The notes beneath the pieces are model-generated. The model was not told the origin of the DNA, made no database searches, and saw nothing but the letters and a program-made list of their open reading frames with translations. This document shows, piece after piece, positions 49,689 to 63,775 of a stretch of 64,000 nucleotides of DNA; position 1 is the first letter of the stretch; every line of letters starts with the position of its first letter. A program made the position numbers and the translations under genes. This stretch comes from Piromyces finnis finn (Eukaryota > Fungi > Neocallimastigomycota), in NCBI GenBank assembly GCA_002104945.1, contig MCFH01000043.1, positions 372,001-436,000 on the forward strand. Reading direction: 5' to 3'.

Positions 49689-51419
49689 TTAAATTTTGCT
49701 GTAATTTTAATATTGAAAATTTAAAAAAAAATTAATATATTAATATTTTAATAGTGTATTTAATGGGGTTATGATGAATACTTACATTTTACATCTTTTC
49801 TTCATTTCATCAAAACTATCTGGTAACTTTTTAATTTTGTTTTTACTTATATTTCTAATAATATTAAAAAAAAATTTTTTTTTATTAATAATATTATTTT
49901 CCATTAATTGGATTTAATTCTATTTTAATACTATTGCTGATGTTAAAATCTACATACAATTCTGTTAAATTGATGAGCTTTACAACGGTATTTGGTATGG
50001 AGATTAATTGGTTATTTTGTAATGATCTATATTATATTTTAAAAATATTAATGTTAGAGAAAATAACTTTTTTGTAAACATAAACTTTAAAATGTTAGTT
50101 TAAAAATTAAAAAAAAAAAAAAAAACTTACAACATCTTTAATTCAGTAATTGAACCTATTTCTTCTGGTAATTCTGTTAATTTATTACCATTTAAAATTC
50201 TATTTTAATTAAGATTTAAAAAAAAACGAAAACAAATAAGAAATTATTTTAACTAAAATTTTTAAAATAAGATATATTTTTTTTTTTAATTCTTACAATT
50301 TTCTTAAATTTTTAAGATTTCCAATTTCTTTAGGTATACTTGTTAATAAATTAAAGGAAAAATCTCTATATAAATTTATTAATATATATAATTAATATAA
50401 TCAAAAAAAATATTATTTAAAATTTAAAATATTAAAGAGGTTTTTTTTTTTATTTTTTATTTTTGATATACATACAAATGTATTAAATTAACAAGTCTTC
50501 CTATATCAGGTGGTATTGATCTAATTTTATTATCATTCAGATACCTATATTATTGAGAATATATTATAGAATTAAAAAAAAAAAAAAAAGAAATATTTTT
50601 ATTATTTCAATCTTTCAATATAGTATTAATAAAATCTAACAATAAAATTCTTACAAATATCTCATGTTAACCAAGTCTCCAATTTCACCGGGCAAGATAT
50701 CAATTTTTTTATAGTAAACTTCCCTATAAATTTTGTATTTTTTTAAAATAATAAATATTAATTAATATCTTTCAAGGTATGTATAAATTTTTATCATAAG
50801 GAACGAAGTATAAACTAATTATTATTATTATTTTTTTTTTTTAGCTTAACTTACAATGAATTTAAAGCTAAAAATTCTTCATCGGTTTTTTTCATATCTA
50901 ATAATTTCATTAATGTATAATATTTACTGATTGGTTTTTCTTCAATAAGAGCATACTTTTTACGCATCTTTTCAATATCTTTTCTATAATCATAGTCAGT
51001 TTTAATACTGTTATTACTACCACTAATATTGTTACTACTATTGGCATTACTATTAGTTTCACTATTATTATTATTATAATTATTATTATTGTTATTATTA
51101 TTATTATTATTATATTTTCCTATTTTTGAAAAGGATAAACGTCTACAATGACTTATAATTTTATCAACTTTAGATGGATGATTTTCTTCTGCTTTTGGAA
51201 CAATAAGATTATTATTATTTTCAACATCATTAAGTAATTCGGTGGTAATAATAACTTCTATTTTTTTTTAATTCAAATTCATTATATTAAATATATATAT
51301 TTAATTTTTTAGTTACTTTCTTTTAAATATGATCTAAAGAAAAATTCATTATTGTTAACTATTACTACTACTACTACTACTACTACTATTATTATTATTA
51401 TTATTATTATTATTACTAC

Positions 51420-51455
<36 letters not shown>

Positions 51456-52991
51456 TACTACTACTACTACTATTATTATTATTATTACTACTACTACTAC
51501 TACTACTATTATTATTATTATTATTATTACTACTACTACTACTATTATTATTATTATTAATTTTTTTATATTTACCTCCTAATTTTGAATTTTGGTTATT
51601 GTTTGTTTTTGTTGTGCTAGGTGTTAAAGATTTTCTAAGTGATCTAAAACCATAAAATGGTCCCTTCTTTAAGTTTGATTTTCTGTCATCTTCTTTAGGA
51701 TTAATAATGGTAACAGAATCCAAAATTCTAACATGATTTTCCTTTCTTGGTAATTGACGATAATCCGAACTAAACATACTAATTTTCTTTAAAGATGATT
51801 TCAATACCATACCAGTAGATTCACTAGCTGTCGAATTTAAGGAATAATTCGAAAATTTTGATTTTTTAATTGGGTTATTGTTTTCGTTTTCTATACATGT
51901 ACATTTTGAAATGGTATTGTATTTAATATTACTAATATTACTATTATTACTATTATTATTAGATTTAGCTTTATTATCTTTTTTATAATTAAAAGTTATT
52001 AGGTATGATAAAAAGAAAGAAAAAAAAAGATTAGTAAATAATTAATATTTAAATGAATTGATATAATAAGTTAATATTATATATTATATATACAAAAAAA
52101 TAAAAAATAAATTATCTTACTAAATATGGCATCAAGATCAATGGATTCCTTAAGTAATTTATTTTCTTTTATTGAAGAAAGACTCATATTACTGTTATCC
52201 TTTTCCACAGATTTATTATAATGGGGTATTGATGGTATAGCATCATTAATATCACTCTTTAAAATGTTTTTATTAATGGAATGAATTGTATTATCATTAT
52301 TATTTAATTGATTAACATCTATTGATAATGATATCTCTTGATTCAATTCATTATTTATACTTTCACAAGAATGAAATTGTGAATCATCATCTTCTAAACT
52401 ACCTTTATTTTCATCCATACCTTTAGTTGTATTATCAGTTACTTTAATGCTTGAGATGCTAGTTGAACTATTTTCAATATCAATTGTTAAATCATCCAAA
52501 TTTTCAAGTTTGGTTATACTTTTATGATGATTTAATTCTATACTATCATTGGATCGAATTCGTTTCAAAAATTGATTATTCACAAGATATTCTATGGATT
52601 CATCATCAATACTAGTAATTTTATGATGAGTATATATATGGGATGGAAATTTTAAATGAGCTTTTGAATGATCATTATTTTCATTGTCATTATTGACATT
52701 ATTAGTATTATTATTATCACTGTTGTTGTTGTTGTTACTGATGTTATTTGTAGATTCATTATTATTATTTTTTAATAAATCCAAAAATGATGTTTTTTTA
52801 CCATCACTATCGGTTATATAACTATTATTAATAATAGTATTTTCATTATCATCTAATTTTAAATTTTCAATTGATGTAAATGATTTTTCATCTAATAATG
52901 AATCAATAAAAGTTTTTGATTCTTCTTTTACGAGTTTTGGCTCATTATCATCGTTTAAAATATTTTTGATTTGAACTTGAATATCACTCAT
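49689..52991 (-). CDS. Leucine-rich-repeat protein with long low-complexity N-terminus. Model: complement join(52991..52121,51977..51576,51358..51317,51257..50855,50723..50655,50544..50476,50365..50297,50199..50131,50026..49958,49854..49786,49698..49689), 713 aa
   Basis: Six 69-nt exons each encode one 23-aa LRR: LEVYYKKIDILPGEIGDLVNMRY, LYLNDNKIRSIPPDIGRLVNLIH, LDFSFNLLTSIPKEIGNLKNLRK, LILNGNKLTELPEEIGSITELKM, LSLQNNQLISIPNTVVKLINLTE, LNISKNKIKKLPDSFDEMKKRCK. Total 2142 nt. The N-terminal exon boundaries and the 10-nt last exon are less certain. Confidence 0.85.
51361..51560. repeat. Compound (ACT)n/(ATT)n microsatellite inside predicted intron 51359..51575 of the LRR gene
   Basis: Directly visible; flanked on the minus strand by GTAAAT (51575) and aatAG (51359). 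Confidence 0.85.
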
Positions 52992-53243
52992 TTTTTTTAA
53001 TGGTAATTGACACTTTTTATAATCAAATGTATATATATTTCTTTTTATATAGATTTTAAAATAAATAAACTATTATTATATATGATTATATAAGGGACAT
53101 ATATATATATACAAATACATATATATTTATTGTTTCAAATATAAATTAGCTATATATAAATGTTAATTTTCTTTTTTTTTTTAAGAAAAAAAGAAATAAT
53201 AAGATTACATAATTCAAAAAAAAAAAAAATAAAAGAAAAAAAA

Positions 53244-53276
53244 AATAGAAATAGAAATAGAAATAGAAATAGAAAT
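53244..53276. repeat. (AATAGA)5 hexamer repeat upstream of the LRR gene
   Basis: Five perfect units from 53244. Confidence 0.85.
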
Positions 53277-54275
53277 CAAAAATAGAAATTAAAATTAATT
53301 ATATTCATTTAAGATAAATCCAACCGAAAGAAAAAAAGGAAAAAGATATGAAAAATATAAAGTCAAATTAAAGTTTTATAATTTGATGACTTAATTCAAT
53401 TAGAAAATGTTTTATTTGTCAAATTTAATGGTTAATTATAAAAAAATTAAAATTATGAATTAAGGTTAATTAAAGCAATAATGTCAACAAATTCAATAAA
53501 TTATTAAAAAAATTCACGAAATTCAAATGATAATTTAGTTTCATTAAGAAAATATCTTTTTTTTTTTTTTTTAATATCATCAATTATTTTATAAATTATT
53601 TTATATATAATTAATATTTAATTATAAAATAGATTATGGTTTCATTTAGTAATTAAAAACGAAAACACTAGTTAAGTTTAAAAATCATCAATCTTATTTT
53701 ATGATTTAATTTATTCAATGTTTTATCAAAAAGTTATTAAAGTTAATTTTGTTAAAATATTCCTGAAATAAAATATATTTATATGTAATATATGTATTGA
53801 AGAATAATTAGAATTACTTTGTTCGATATTATTGTTTTATTCAATATTATAACATTATTAATTTATATATATATATATAATAAACCAATAATCATTGATG
53901 TATGAATTAAATTTATTCATATTGAAACTTTTCCATTGCTTTTCTTCTACATTACCAAATATTATACCAAAATTTACAAAATTAAAATATTTTGGTTATG
54001 TTAATTATTATAAATATTATAAAAGAGAGAGTATGTGTATAGATGACTAAAAGGATAATTTTAAACTCTTAATGATTGATTAATTTTTATAAATAAATTC
54101 TTTATTATTTTATTTTTTATATAATTTTTTAATTTACAAAGACCAAAATTGTTTAAAAGAAAAAAAAAAATAAATTAATATATATATATATAATAAAATT
54201 AAATACTGATAATTCTATATTAAATATAATTTCTTTTTTTTTATAATCTTTAGAAAATTTACATAAAGGATTACT

Positions 54276-54309
<34 letters not shown>

Positions 54310-54675
54310 TGAGTTTTCACAAGCTCACAATATAATATAATAACAACTACTAATAATAAATTCTATTGCATTAATGTATTAATTTTGAAATATTATATTA
54401 TTTTAAATATTCTTAAAAATATTTTATTTTATTATTATTTTTTTGTTTTTTCTTTGATTTATTTCTTTTTTTTTTTTAAAAAAAGTTATTATTTTATTGT
54501 TGAAAATGTTTGTAATTATTGATATGTAATAAAGAATTTAATTGTTTTGTGATTGAAATAACTACAATTAAAAAAAATATAATTTTGTTTTATTATATAT
54601 ATATCAATAGTGTTATAATTGTTTAATGAAACTTTTTATATTTTTGATTTCCTTTTCATTTTTTTATACGATAAT

Positions 54676-55909
54676 TTAATCGGATTTTCTTGGCATTGCT
54701 AAATCATGATTTGTATTACTTGCTTCCGAGGAAAATTGTTGTAAGGCTTCTTCTTTAACACAACCCGATCTTGGAGGAGATGAAACTCTTTTCTCTTTAT
54801 TTCCATTTATTATATCTGTATTGGAATCAATAATAACGTTTATTTTTTCTTTTTCTTTATCCTTGGTTTTTATTAAACAAGATTTAAGTTCCATATCTAT
54901 TATATAAAAAGTGAGATTTATAATTACAACAATAATAATGGTAATGATATTATATATTTTTATGTATGTGATTTTAATAAAAATAAATAATTAATTATTA
55001 GTAAAAATAAATATTATAATAGTATCGATCATAATATTATTTTATTTAAAAAAAAAAGAGATAATTACTATTTAGATTTGTATTTACTGGATAATTATTA
55101 GAATTAACCTTCATTGAAGATCTTAGAGTACTACCTTGTTCAGTTTTCACTTTTCTTAAACTTCCAGGATCTTCTTTATTAATATCTTTATATTCATTTA
55201 CGGATCTGGAACGGTTTCTATTGAGACTATTTTTATCTTTTCTTGGAGATTCACTTTTACTTCTTTCTTTATTTACACTTACAGTTCTACTTCTACTTCT
55301 ATAATTTTCTTCATCATCATTTTTATCTTCTTCATTTGAATTATTATTATTGTTATTATTATTATTAGTATTAATATAATTATTATTTCTATTAAAAGTA
55401 TATTTATGTTTCTTGAATGAATTGGCATTATATTTAATATCAATAAATGGTTCATTGTAACTTGCAGCTACATATTCTTTTTCATTTTCTAATTGATCAA
55501 TACTTGTAATTTTTTTACCAGACATATTATACAAAATTTTAATACATCCCGTAATTAAATGAACATTACTATCAATAAATCTCATGAGCTATAAATTATT
55601 TAATATTATATTGATTATAAAAAATACATTTATATAATTGATATACGTATGTTAATAATCAAAATAAAATTAAATCTTAACTTTTTTAATAAATAAAAAA
55701 AAAAAATATAAACTTACTTTTTCAAATGTTGGAAATTTTTGATAAGTAACACGAATATTTGTTGGAATACTTAAACCATCACCATTTGGATATACATGTA
55801 TAATCATTGGAGCAATCTTTTAAAAATTATTAATAAATATATGATTGTTTAAAAAATATAAATAAATAATATAATTAAAAATAAATTTCATAATATTTTT
55901 AATATTTTT

Positions 55910-55945
<36 letters not shown>

Positions 55946-56243
55946 TTAACTTCATCTGGAATAGTTTTATATGATTGATCTTTTCTTAATAATTCTTTTC
56001 CTGTAATAATATAATGTTTATCATCCTCAATTTCTTCTATTTTTTGAATTCTTTTAAATGTAGTAATATCAAATATTCTTCTAGCATTCCAAAAATCCGA
56101 TAAAGTTTCTCGAATACTTAAAACCATTGCTAAAAGGGATGAACTGTTATTAAAATTTAATACAAAACGTGTACCAGTTGATTGGAAATCTCCATTTTTA
56201 TGTAAAAATATACGATATCCTTTGGTCTTAACATTTATTTTTA

Positions 56244-56276
<33 letters not shown>

Positions 56277-56857
56277 TTTTTTATAAAATAAATTTTTAAA
56301 TTTAAATAAAAAAATTTTTTAAATATTAATAATTAAAATTTACTTTTCACTGTACTATAAAAAATATATATATAGTATTCTCTATTCCCCTTTTTTTTTA
56401 TATTTTTTAAAAAAAATACTTACTTCTCGATCAAAAACTTTTTCTGGTTCAACATTTGTTAAAGATCGATTAATATTAACATTACCAATTTCTCTATTTT
56501 TTTGTTTATAACGAATTCTTCTTTCTTCTTGATCAATTCTTTCTATTCTAATTTTTCTTAATAATTCCTTTTTTTTACTATAATCTTCTATACTTCTATT
56601 TTTGTTTGTAATAACTACTCTTTTATTTTCTAAATCAACTATTCTTTGCTGTTCCTTTTGAAAAATCCAATTATTCTTTTTTTTTTTGTATTTTTCATTC
56701 ATTTTTTCTAACTTTTTTTGTTCCTCTGCATCTTTTTGAATTTTATATTCTTTATTTTCTTTAAGAGTTCTATAATTAATATTTAAATTTAATCGTTCAT
56801 TTTTACATGCTGCAATATATCTAATAATATCATATCATGAAGAATGTTTTTTTATTG

Positions 56858-56889
<32 letters not shown>

Positions 56890-57701
56890 GCAGGAATAAT
56901 TTATATTCGTATATATTTATATATTTAATAGATAGATGTTATTAAAAATTTCTTAATCATTAATCATTATTATTATTATATATATTTTTTTTCATTTTAA
57001 CATGATATATATATATAATAGTAGGTATTTTTTTTACTTTTCACCATCAATTAATTCAGAACAATCGGTGACTTCTTTTCCTGATGTTAAATTAAAAAGA
57101 CGACATGAACTTTTTACAAGTTGTACATTTTTAATTACACTAATAATAAACTTTTTTTTTTAATTATATATAAAAAACATTATATAATTGAATAAAAATA
57201 ATACTAATATTTAATAACCGTTATTTTATTATAGTTCATTATTAATATTACTCTGAATTTAAATTCGAATATGAATATGAATTTAAATTTAATTTTTTTT
57301 TTTTTTTTATTTTTTTCTTCATTTACCTGTTCCCAATTTCTATATATTTTTTCGGTGACTAACATTTTTTTTCCAAGGAAAAATGGATTATTATTTCTAA
57401 AAACATAAATATAAATACCACCAGTATCTGTGTAAGATTTTGTATTTTGTTTTGAAAGTTCACTTTTATTATCATCATATTCACTATATTCTCTAGTTCT
57501 ATCATTTGTTCTTCCTCTCGATTTTATTTGATCTTCATCATATTCAACATGATTTCCTCTTGTTTTTAATTGTCTTCGGGTAAGATCTTTATTCGATAAT
57601 GGAAACATATATTCACATACTTTTTCTTGACTTCTATTTACATTTCCATTTCTGACAATATGACCATTGCCATTATTGTCTACATGATATATATTTGGCA
57701 T
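54676..57701 (-). CDS. Doublecortin (DCX) domain protein with three DCX domains. Model: complement join(57701..57327,57150..57038,56820..56424,56226..55942,55816..55718,55588..55069,54896..54676), 669 aa
   Basis: DCX1: IYVFRNNNPFFLGKKMLV...CRLFNLTSGKEVTDCSELIDGEKYIAA. DCX2: RIFLHKNGDFQSTGTRFVL...RRIFDITTFKRIQKIEEIEDDKHYIIT. DCX3: IHVYPNGDGLSIPTNIRV...KILYNMSGKKITSIDQLENEKEYVAAS. Phases are consistent over 2010 nt. Confidence 0.82.
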
Positions 57702-58036
57702 ATTTTTTATCTTTTTAGTATTATTACTTGAGAGATAATATCATTAAAAAAAAGTTCAAGTAAAAAAAAATTTTTTTTTTTTTTCTTTTTTCTTAATAAA
57801 GTACAATTAAAAAGAAGAAAAAAAAAATATTATTTATTTTACTTTATAGTTAAATAGTTAAAAACAACAACAAAAATTCAAAAATGAGAAAAAAGAAGAA
57901 AAGAAAAAAGAAATTATATTACTATTAAATAAAATATTTCGAAAAAAAAAAAAAAGAAAAAATAGTTTAAATTATATGAATAGAAAATAATTTTAATTTA
58001 TATAATTTTTATATGCCACAGCATGTCATGGTTCAT

Positions 58037-58071
<35 letters not shown>

Positions 58072-58855
58072 TCAAAAACAAATGAACCAAATGAATATTA
58101 ATATTTAATATTAAAAGTAAAATAAAATAAAATACTAATTAGTATTACTATTATTATTTATTTTATTATTTATTGTTATTATTATTCAATAATAAATAAA
58201 ATGGATAAAAATAAAAATACCTAAGGTATAAAAATAAAATTAAAATCAAAATTTAAAATGATAATAATTGCTTGGAGAGACAATTAAAATAGTTTAAACC
58301 TTATAAATTAATAAATAAAAAGTGTAAAACCATATAGTTATAAAAAAAAATTTTAGCAAAAAAAATTCCCTATGAATGACGTGAATGACCTACCTTTTTT
58401 TTTTTTTTTTTTCAGAAAAAAAGTTATAAATAAATAGAGTTAAGAATTAACATGTTTCACATTTTATCTACCATAAATAAAATCTTTCCAAATTTTCTAA
58501 AATCTTTATTTTTTCTTCTTCTTTATTAATATAAAAAAAGAATACAATTTAAAAAATGTACTTCACAATAATATTTATTTATTTATTTTAAACTATCAAA
58601 AAATTTTCTAATCCTTTTTATAAATAATGTCTTTTTTTTTTTTTTTTTTTATCTTCAAGGATTAAAATCTTTATATTATTTTAATACAGATATTTATTGG
58701 AATTTAAACAATATTAATATAGGATATATGTTTTGTGATTTTTTTTTTTTATTTTTTTTATTTTTTTTTATTTTTTTTAAATTTTATTATTATTATTAAT
58801 TTTGTTAAAGGTTGGAATGGGGTATCGAAATATGTTAAGTGTTTAAAATTACTAT

Positions 58856-58897
<42 letters not shown>

Positions 58898-59182
58898 AAA
58901 ATTCTTGAATTGAAATAAATAAATAATTGGCAATAAAAATATGAATTATATTATTAAATAAGAAACAAAGATAAAAACAAGTTTTGTTTTATATACACGA
59001 TTGTATTAATAAAATATGGAATATTATAATATTCTAGATATATATATTCTAAAAAAACATGATATTAATAATATTAATTAAAAATGGGGGAAAATATATA
59101 TATAGATTTTAATCATCGTATATTACTATCATTTATATTTAATAATTATAGTTGTTGTTTTTTCCTAGTTATTTTTTTTTTT

Positions 59183-59978
59183 TTAATTGTTGTCCGATTC
59201 AATTTTATTTTGTTCTTTTAATTGATTAAAAAGATCTAATGTAACACTCGCTAAAAGTCCAGGTATACTTCCATATTGACCAACGAAATAATCTATTCTT
59301 TTTTCTAATGATTGAATATACGATTTTCCACCTCCAATTAATTCCATTGAACCAGAATCATTTGAACTTGAAGCAAAAACAAAACTTTGATTTCCATTTT
59401 GACTATACATTGAAGTTAATTTGACACGTCCATCCTGTAAGAAATCAAATCTATAACCTATTTATTTAAAAAAATTTATTGTTAACAAATAAATTTATAT
59501 ATGATATAGCTAAGCCAATACAATCAAATCACCATAATTATTATTACTACTATTATAATGAAATAAAAAAAAAAAAATTATAATCATTTTATATTTACCT
59601 AATAAAGAATAAACAACTTCACGATATTCTTTTGATTTTTGTCTAAATACAGTTTTTAAACGATCTAATTTCTTTTCTAATTCCTCAATTTTATTATTTT
59701 CAATTTCTAATCTTTTATATGTTTCAATTGGAATATTTTCTATATGTTCCTCAGCAACATCATCATTATCGTTCATTACTTCATCTATAGATGGATTATC
59801 ATTTAAGTTATGTTTTTTGATAATTTTTAATAATGCTTTATTTTCATTTCGTAAAGCATCTAAAGTTGCTTTTCTTATAGAATAATCTTCTAATTCAGGG
59901 TTCTTTGCCAATTGTAATACCTTATATTATCATATTGTTATTTTTTTTTTTTTAAAAAAAAAGAGATAATTTATACAA

Positions 59979-60028
<50 letters not shown>

Positions 60029-63000
60029 GTATTATTATTATTATATAGTATTATTATTATTATTATTATTATATTTATATACATTATACTATTACTTACT
60101 CTTGTTGTTTCAGGATTATATTCCCCTCTACCTAATGAATATTCCATTTTTTCTACTAATTTATCAAGAGAAGCATTTTCTTTTAAAAGCATAGCATTTT
60201 TCTTTTTCAAATCTTGGATTTCTATTAAATTAGATTCAATATTTATGATATGTCAGGATAAGAAATAAACATTAATAAAAGTTATTATTCATAAAAAAAT
60301 AAATATTAATAATACTATATAAAAAATTATAATCTCAAGTCTATAATTTTACCTTTATCAGCATTCAATAATTCTGATGTTAAACTATTGGTATAATTGG
60401 AAATAGTTTCATCTTTAAAATCCATGGTTGTTTTATTTTCATCTCTTTCAACAACATCTTTTTCTAATTCATAAATTCTATTTTGATATTGATTCAACAT
60501 ATCTTGTAATTCTTTTATTCTATTATTTTTTCTTTCTAATTCCATTTTGGTTTCTTCATCATGATTTTTCATCGTCATTTCTTCCAAATCATAACTTTTC
60601 TATTAATTGATGAAAGGATATACATAAAGATAAATTTATATGTCAGAATGTCAGAATAATTAAAAACTTTTTCTTTTTATTAATACAAAAGATATTTACT
60701 AATTGTTCTTCAAGCATAAGTATTCTACGTTGGGTTAATTCTTTACTTTTTTCTTTATAACTAATAATTTTTAAATTATTTTGATTATTGGTATATTCCT
60801 TTTGATATTTTGAATTAAGTTCATTAACCTTAATAAGGTATATAGATGAGACAACAATATTAATTATACATCACAAAATTATTTATTTATAGAATTAACA
60901 TATATATAAAAGAGGCCTATTATATTTACCTTGTTTTCAAGTTCATTAATATATTCCTGTTGACTTGCGAATTTTACATTAAATTTACCTTCTTTTTCTT
61001 TCAATAATGCATATTCAATTCTTTGTTCAGTCAATGCTTTAGCTAGATCATGTGGTGAATTAAAGCCGACCGTATCGTTTTCTTCTAAAAATGATGTCCA
61101 TTGAATATGCTCATCTAATAATTTAGATTTTTCAATTTCTAATTGAGAAATTTTTTCATGAAGTTTAGTCATTGCTTTTGCTTTATTTTCTAATGTTTTA
61201 ATCTCTTCCTTCAAAATTTGAATATTTTCATTTCTTTCTTTATAATAATCATTTTGCTTTTTCAAATCCTTGTTCTTTTTTTCAATTTTCCGTATAAATT
61301 TTAATTGATCTATGATGTATTGTTATTGTTTTATATGTCATTAATTTTTACAATAATTTAAATGTTTTAGTAATTAAATATATTTTTATTATATAAGTCA
61401 ATAAAATTATATAAATACTAAAAAAAAAAAAAATAATAATAATAATAAATAAATAAATAAAAATAAAAATTCGTACTTTCTAATTCTTTTTTAATTATAT
61501 TCATTTCTTCAGTTGATGCATTTTGTTTTAATTTTTTATTTTCTAATTGGGTATCTTTATATTTGACTTCAATCTCCTGTAATTGTTTTATTTTTTCGTT
61601 TAGTTGTTCTGTTCTTTTATCAAACTATAATTTTATAATATATAATAAGTATATAATCAATATATAGATATTAATAATTTGATTTTTTTTTTTTTATTAG
61701 TATTATTATTCCATATTATTTAAATTATTAATTGCTTTTATACCTCTTTTCTTATTCTATTGATTTCATTTTGATAATTTTTGAAATTACTATTTATTGA
61801 ATCGTTTAGTTCATTAACACTAATGTTATCTTGTAAATGTTGCTGAGAATTAAAGAGTGCTTCTTTTAATGAAATAGATTCATTATTAGTTTGATAAATT
61901 TCCAATTTAGTTTCATTCTTTCAAATGTATTAAAAATTGAAAAATTATTTTATAAAAAAAAAAAAAGTTGTTAAAATTTCTTGAAAACTAATGCATATTT
62001 ATATATATCAATAATTTAAATTTATTATTTAATTACCTTTAAAGTCTTTAATTCTTCTTCCAATTTTTCAATTGTTTCTTTACTTTTTAATTCCTTTTCA
62101 TATAATAATCTTCGAGTAGTTTCTAGATTCTTTATTGCATAAATTATTAGAGATAAAAATAATTTAAAAATTAATAAGTAAATAATAATAATAAAAAATG
62201 ATTTAAAATTTAGAATTCAAATGATTTATTATTATAAAAATTAAAATTTACCTGTTTTTCAAGATCTAAATCTTGTGTTAATTTTTCATACTCAATATTT
62301 TCGATTCTTAGAATATCTATATTATGTTCCAGATTCATATTTTCTTCTATATATTTATTATTTAATTCAGATATTTTTAATTCATAATCAAGTTTTTGTG
62401 CTTCCATTTGATGTTCTAAATCCTTTATTTTCTTTCTTAACTCATACTCAGTTTCTAATTATATATACATATCAAAATTGTAGGTTAATTTAGCTGTGCC
62501 TTCATTTATCTAATTTTTAATAACAAAAATAATTGTAAAATACCTATTATCATTGTTTTTTTATTACGTAATAAAGGCTTTTTTTTATAAATTTTCATAT
62601 TAAAAAAAAAAAAAAAAAAAGATTAAATAATTTATTAGAAAAAATATTAATTTAATTTGTATATGATAATAATTTTATATATCATTATTATTGTTGTTAT
62701 TGTTGTTATTGTTGTTGTTGTTGTTTCGTTGTATGTAAATAATTAGTGTAAGTGGTATAAAAAGGTTTATATTGCCTACCGAATAAAATGATTGAGGAGT
62801 ATTCTCTATTTCATCTGAATTTGGAATTTTTGGTGAGACCTTTTCAGTACTACTAGAATTTTCCTTTTTTTCTTCTTCTTCCTTTTCATATTGCTTTAAA
62901 TGTTTAACATTATTTAAATAGTTATTTGGTGATACCAGCAATACATCTCTTTTTTTCGTTGACCTAACAAATGGATGATAATTTAAGTTAACTTTATCTT

Positions 63001-63046
63001 GATTTTCATCAAGTTTCCGTTTTTTATTATTATTTGGTTCATTCAT
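59183..63046 (-). CDS. MAD1: Spindle assembly checkpoint protein Mad1. Model: complement join(63046..62780,62577..62544,62454..62252,62129..62037,61917..61744,61624..61477,61309..60930,60828..60700,60599..60353,60221..60100,59920..59599,59457..59183), 797 aa
   Basis: Long coiled coil. Mad2-interacting motif GEYNPETTR|VLQLAKNP, RLK motif RLKTVFRQKSKEYREVVYSLLGYRFDF, and C-terminal SIPGLLASVTLDLF. Twelve exons with matched phases, 2394 nt. Confidence 0.93.
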
Positions 63047-63135
63047 ATTTATAAATATTTAAAATATTTACTATATATATACGTTGAATAGTTTTAAAAT
63101 ATAATAATATTGATATAATATAATGTTAATATTTA

Positions 63136-63167
<32 letters not shown>

Positions 63168-63775
63168 AATAATTATTTAAATTTCAAAAATTAATTCTTA
63201 CAACAATGACTTTTCTAGTTATTTTATTATAATTATAATTTTAAAAATAATTTCTTTTATGGTATTTTAATCTCCATTAATTAAATTTTTTTAATAAAAA
63301 ATTTAAAAAAACACATAAATTTATAATAATTTTATAAAATAGATTAAAATATCACATGAAGTCACAAACCAATATTTAATGATAAATTTTTAAATTTTTT
63401 ATTTTGTCTTTTTTTTTTATTTTATTTTAATAGAATGTGCTTTTTTTTTATTATTATTATTTTTTTTTTTTTTTTTTTACTTTTTCAATGTCGTCGTTAT
63501 TATTATATTCAAAAATGATAAAGCTAATGCTTTTTTTTATATTATTTATAATGTAATGTGTGGGTAAAATTTTTTAAAATATGTAAATGATAATTAAACC
63601 TTTTTTTTTTTCTTTTTTTATTCACTACGGAACAGTAAGAAAAAAAAAAAAGTTATTACAATATAAAAAAAAAACTTTTTTTAAAGTTTAATATCTTAAT
63701 GAAAAAAATAGTGAGGTTCTAATTATTATTTATAATAATGGATGGTATATTACAATTAAATATGTTTAAAAGAAA

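Noticed and set aside
51355-51575. Poly-Asn/Ser tract as constitutive coding sequence, or a sequencing frameshift at 51357
   Set aside because: A phase-1 intron GTAAAT...AATAG explains the frame change without an error.
52992-54675. Fusion of the DCX and LRR genes
   Set aside because: DCX has an in-frame stop at 54676, the LRR ATG has an A-rich start context, and the 1.7-kb gap has no exon-like sequence.
58375-58390. TGACGTGA CRE-like site or an RFX X-box upstream of the DCX gene
   Set aside because: A single short imperfect match; no X-box consensus found.
62455-62510. Candidate MAD1 exon INEGTAKLTYNFDM
   Set aside because: It runs into an in-frame TAA and would need a 14-nt intron; exon 62577..62544 spliced to 62454 fits the phases.
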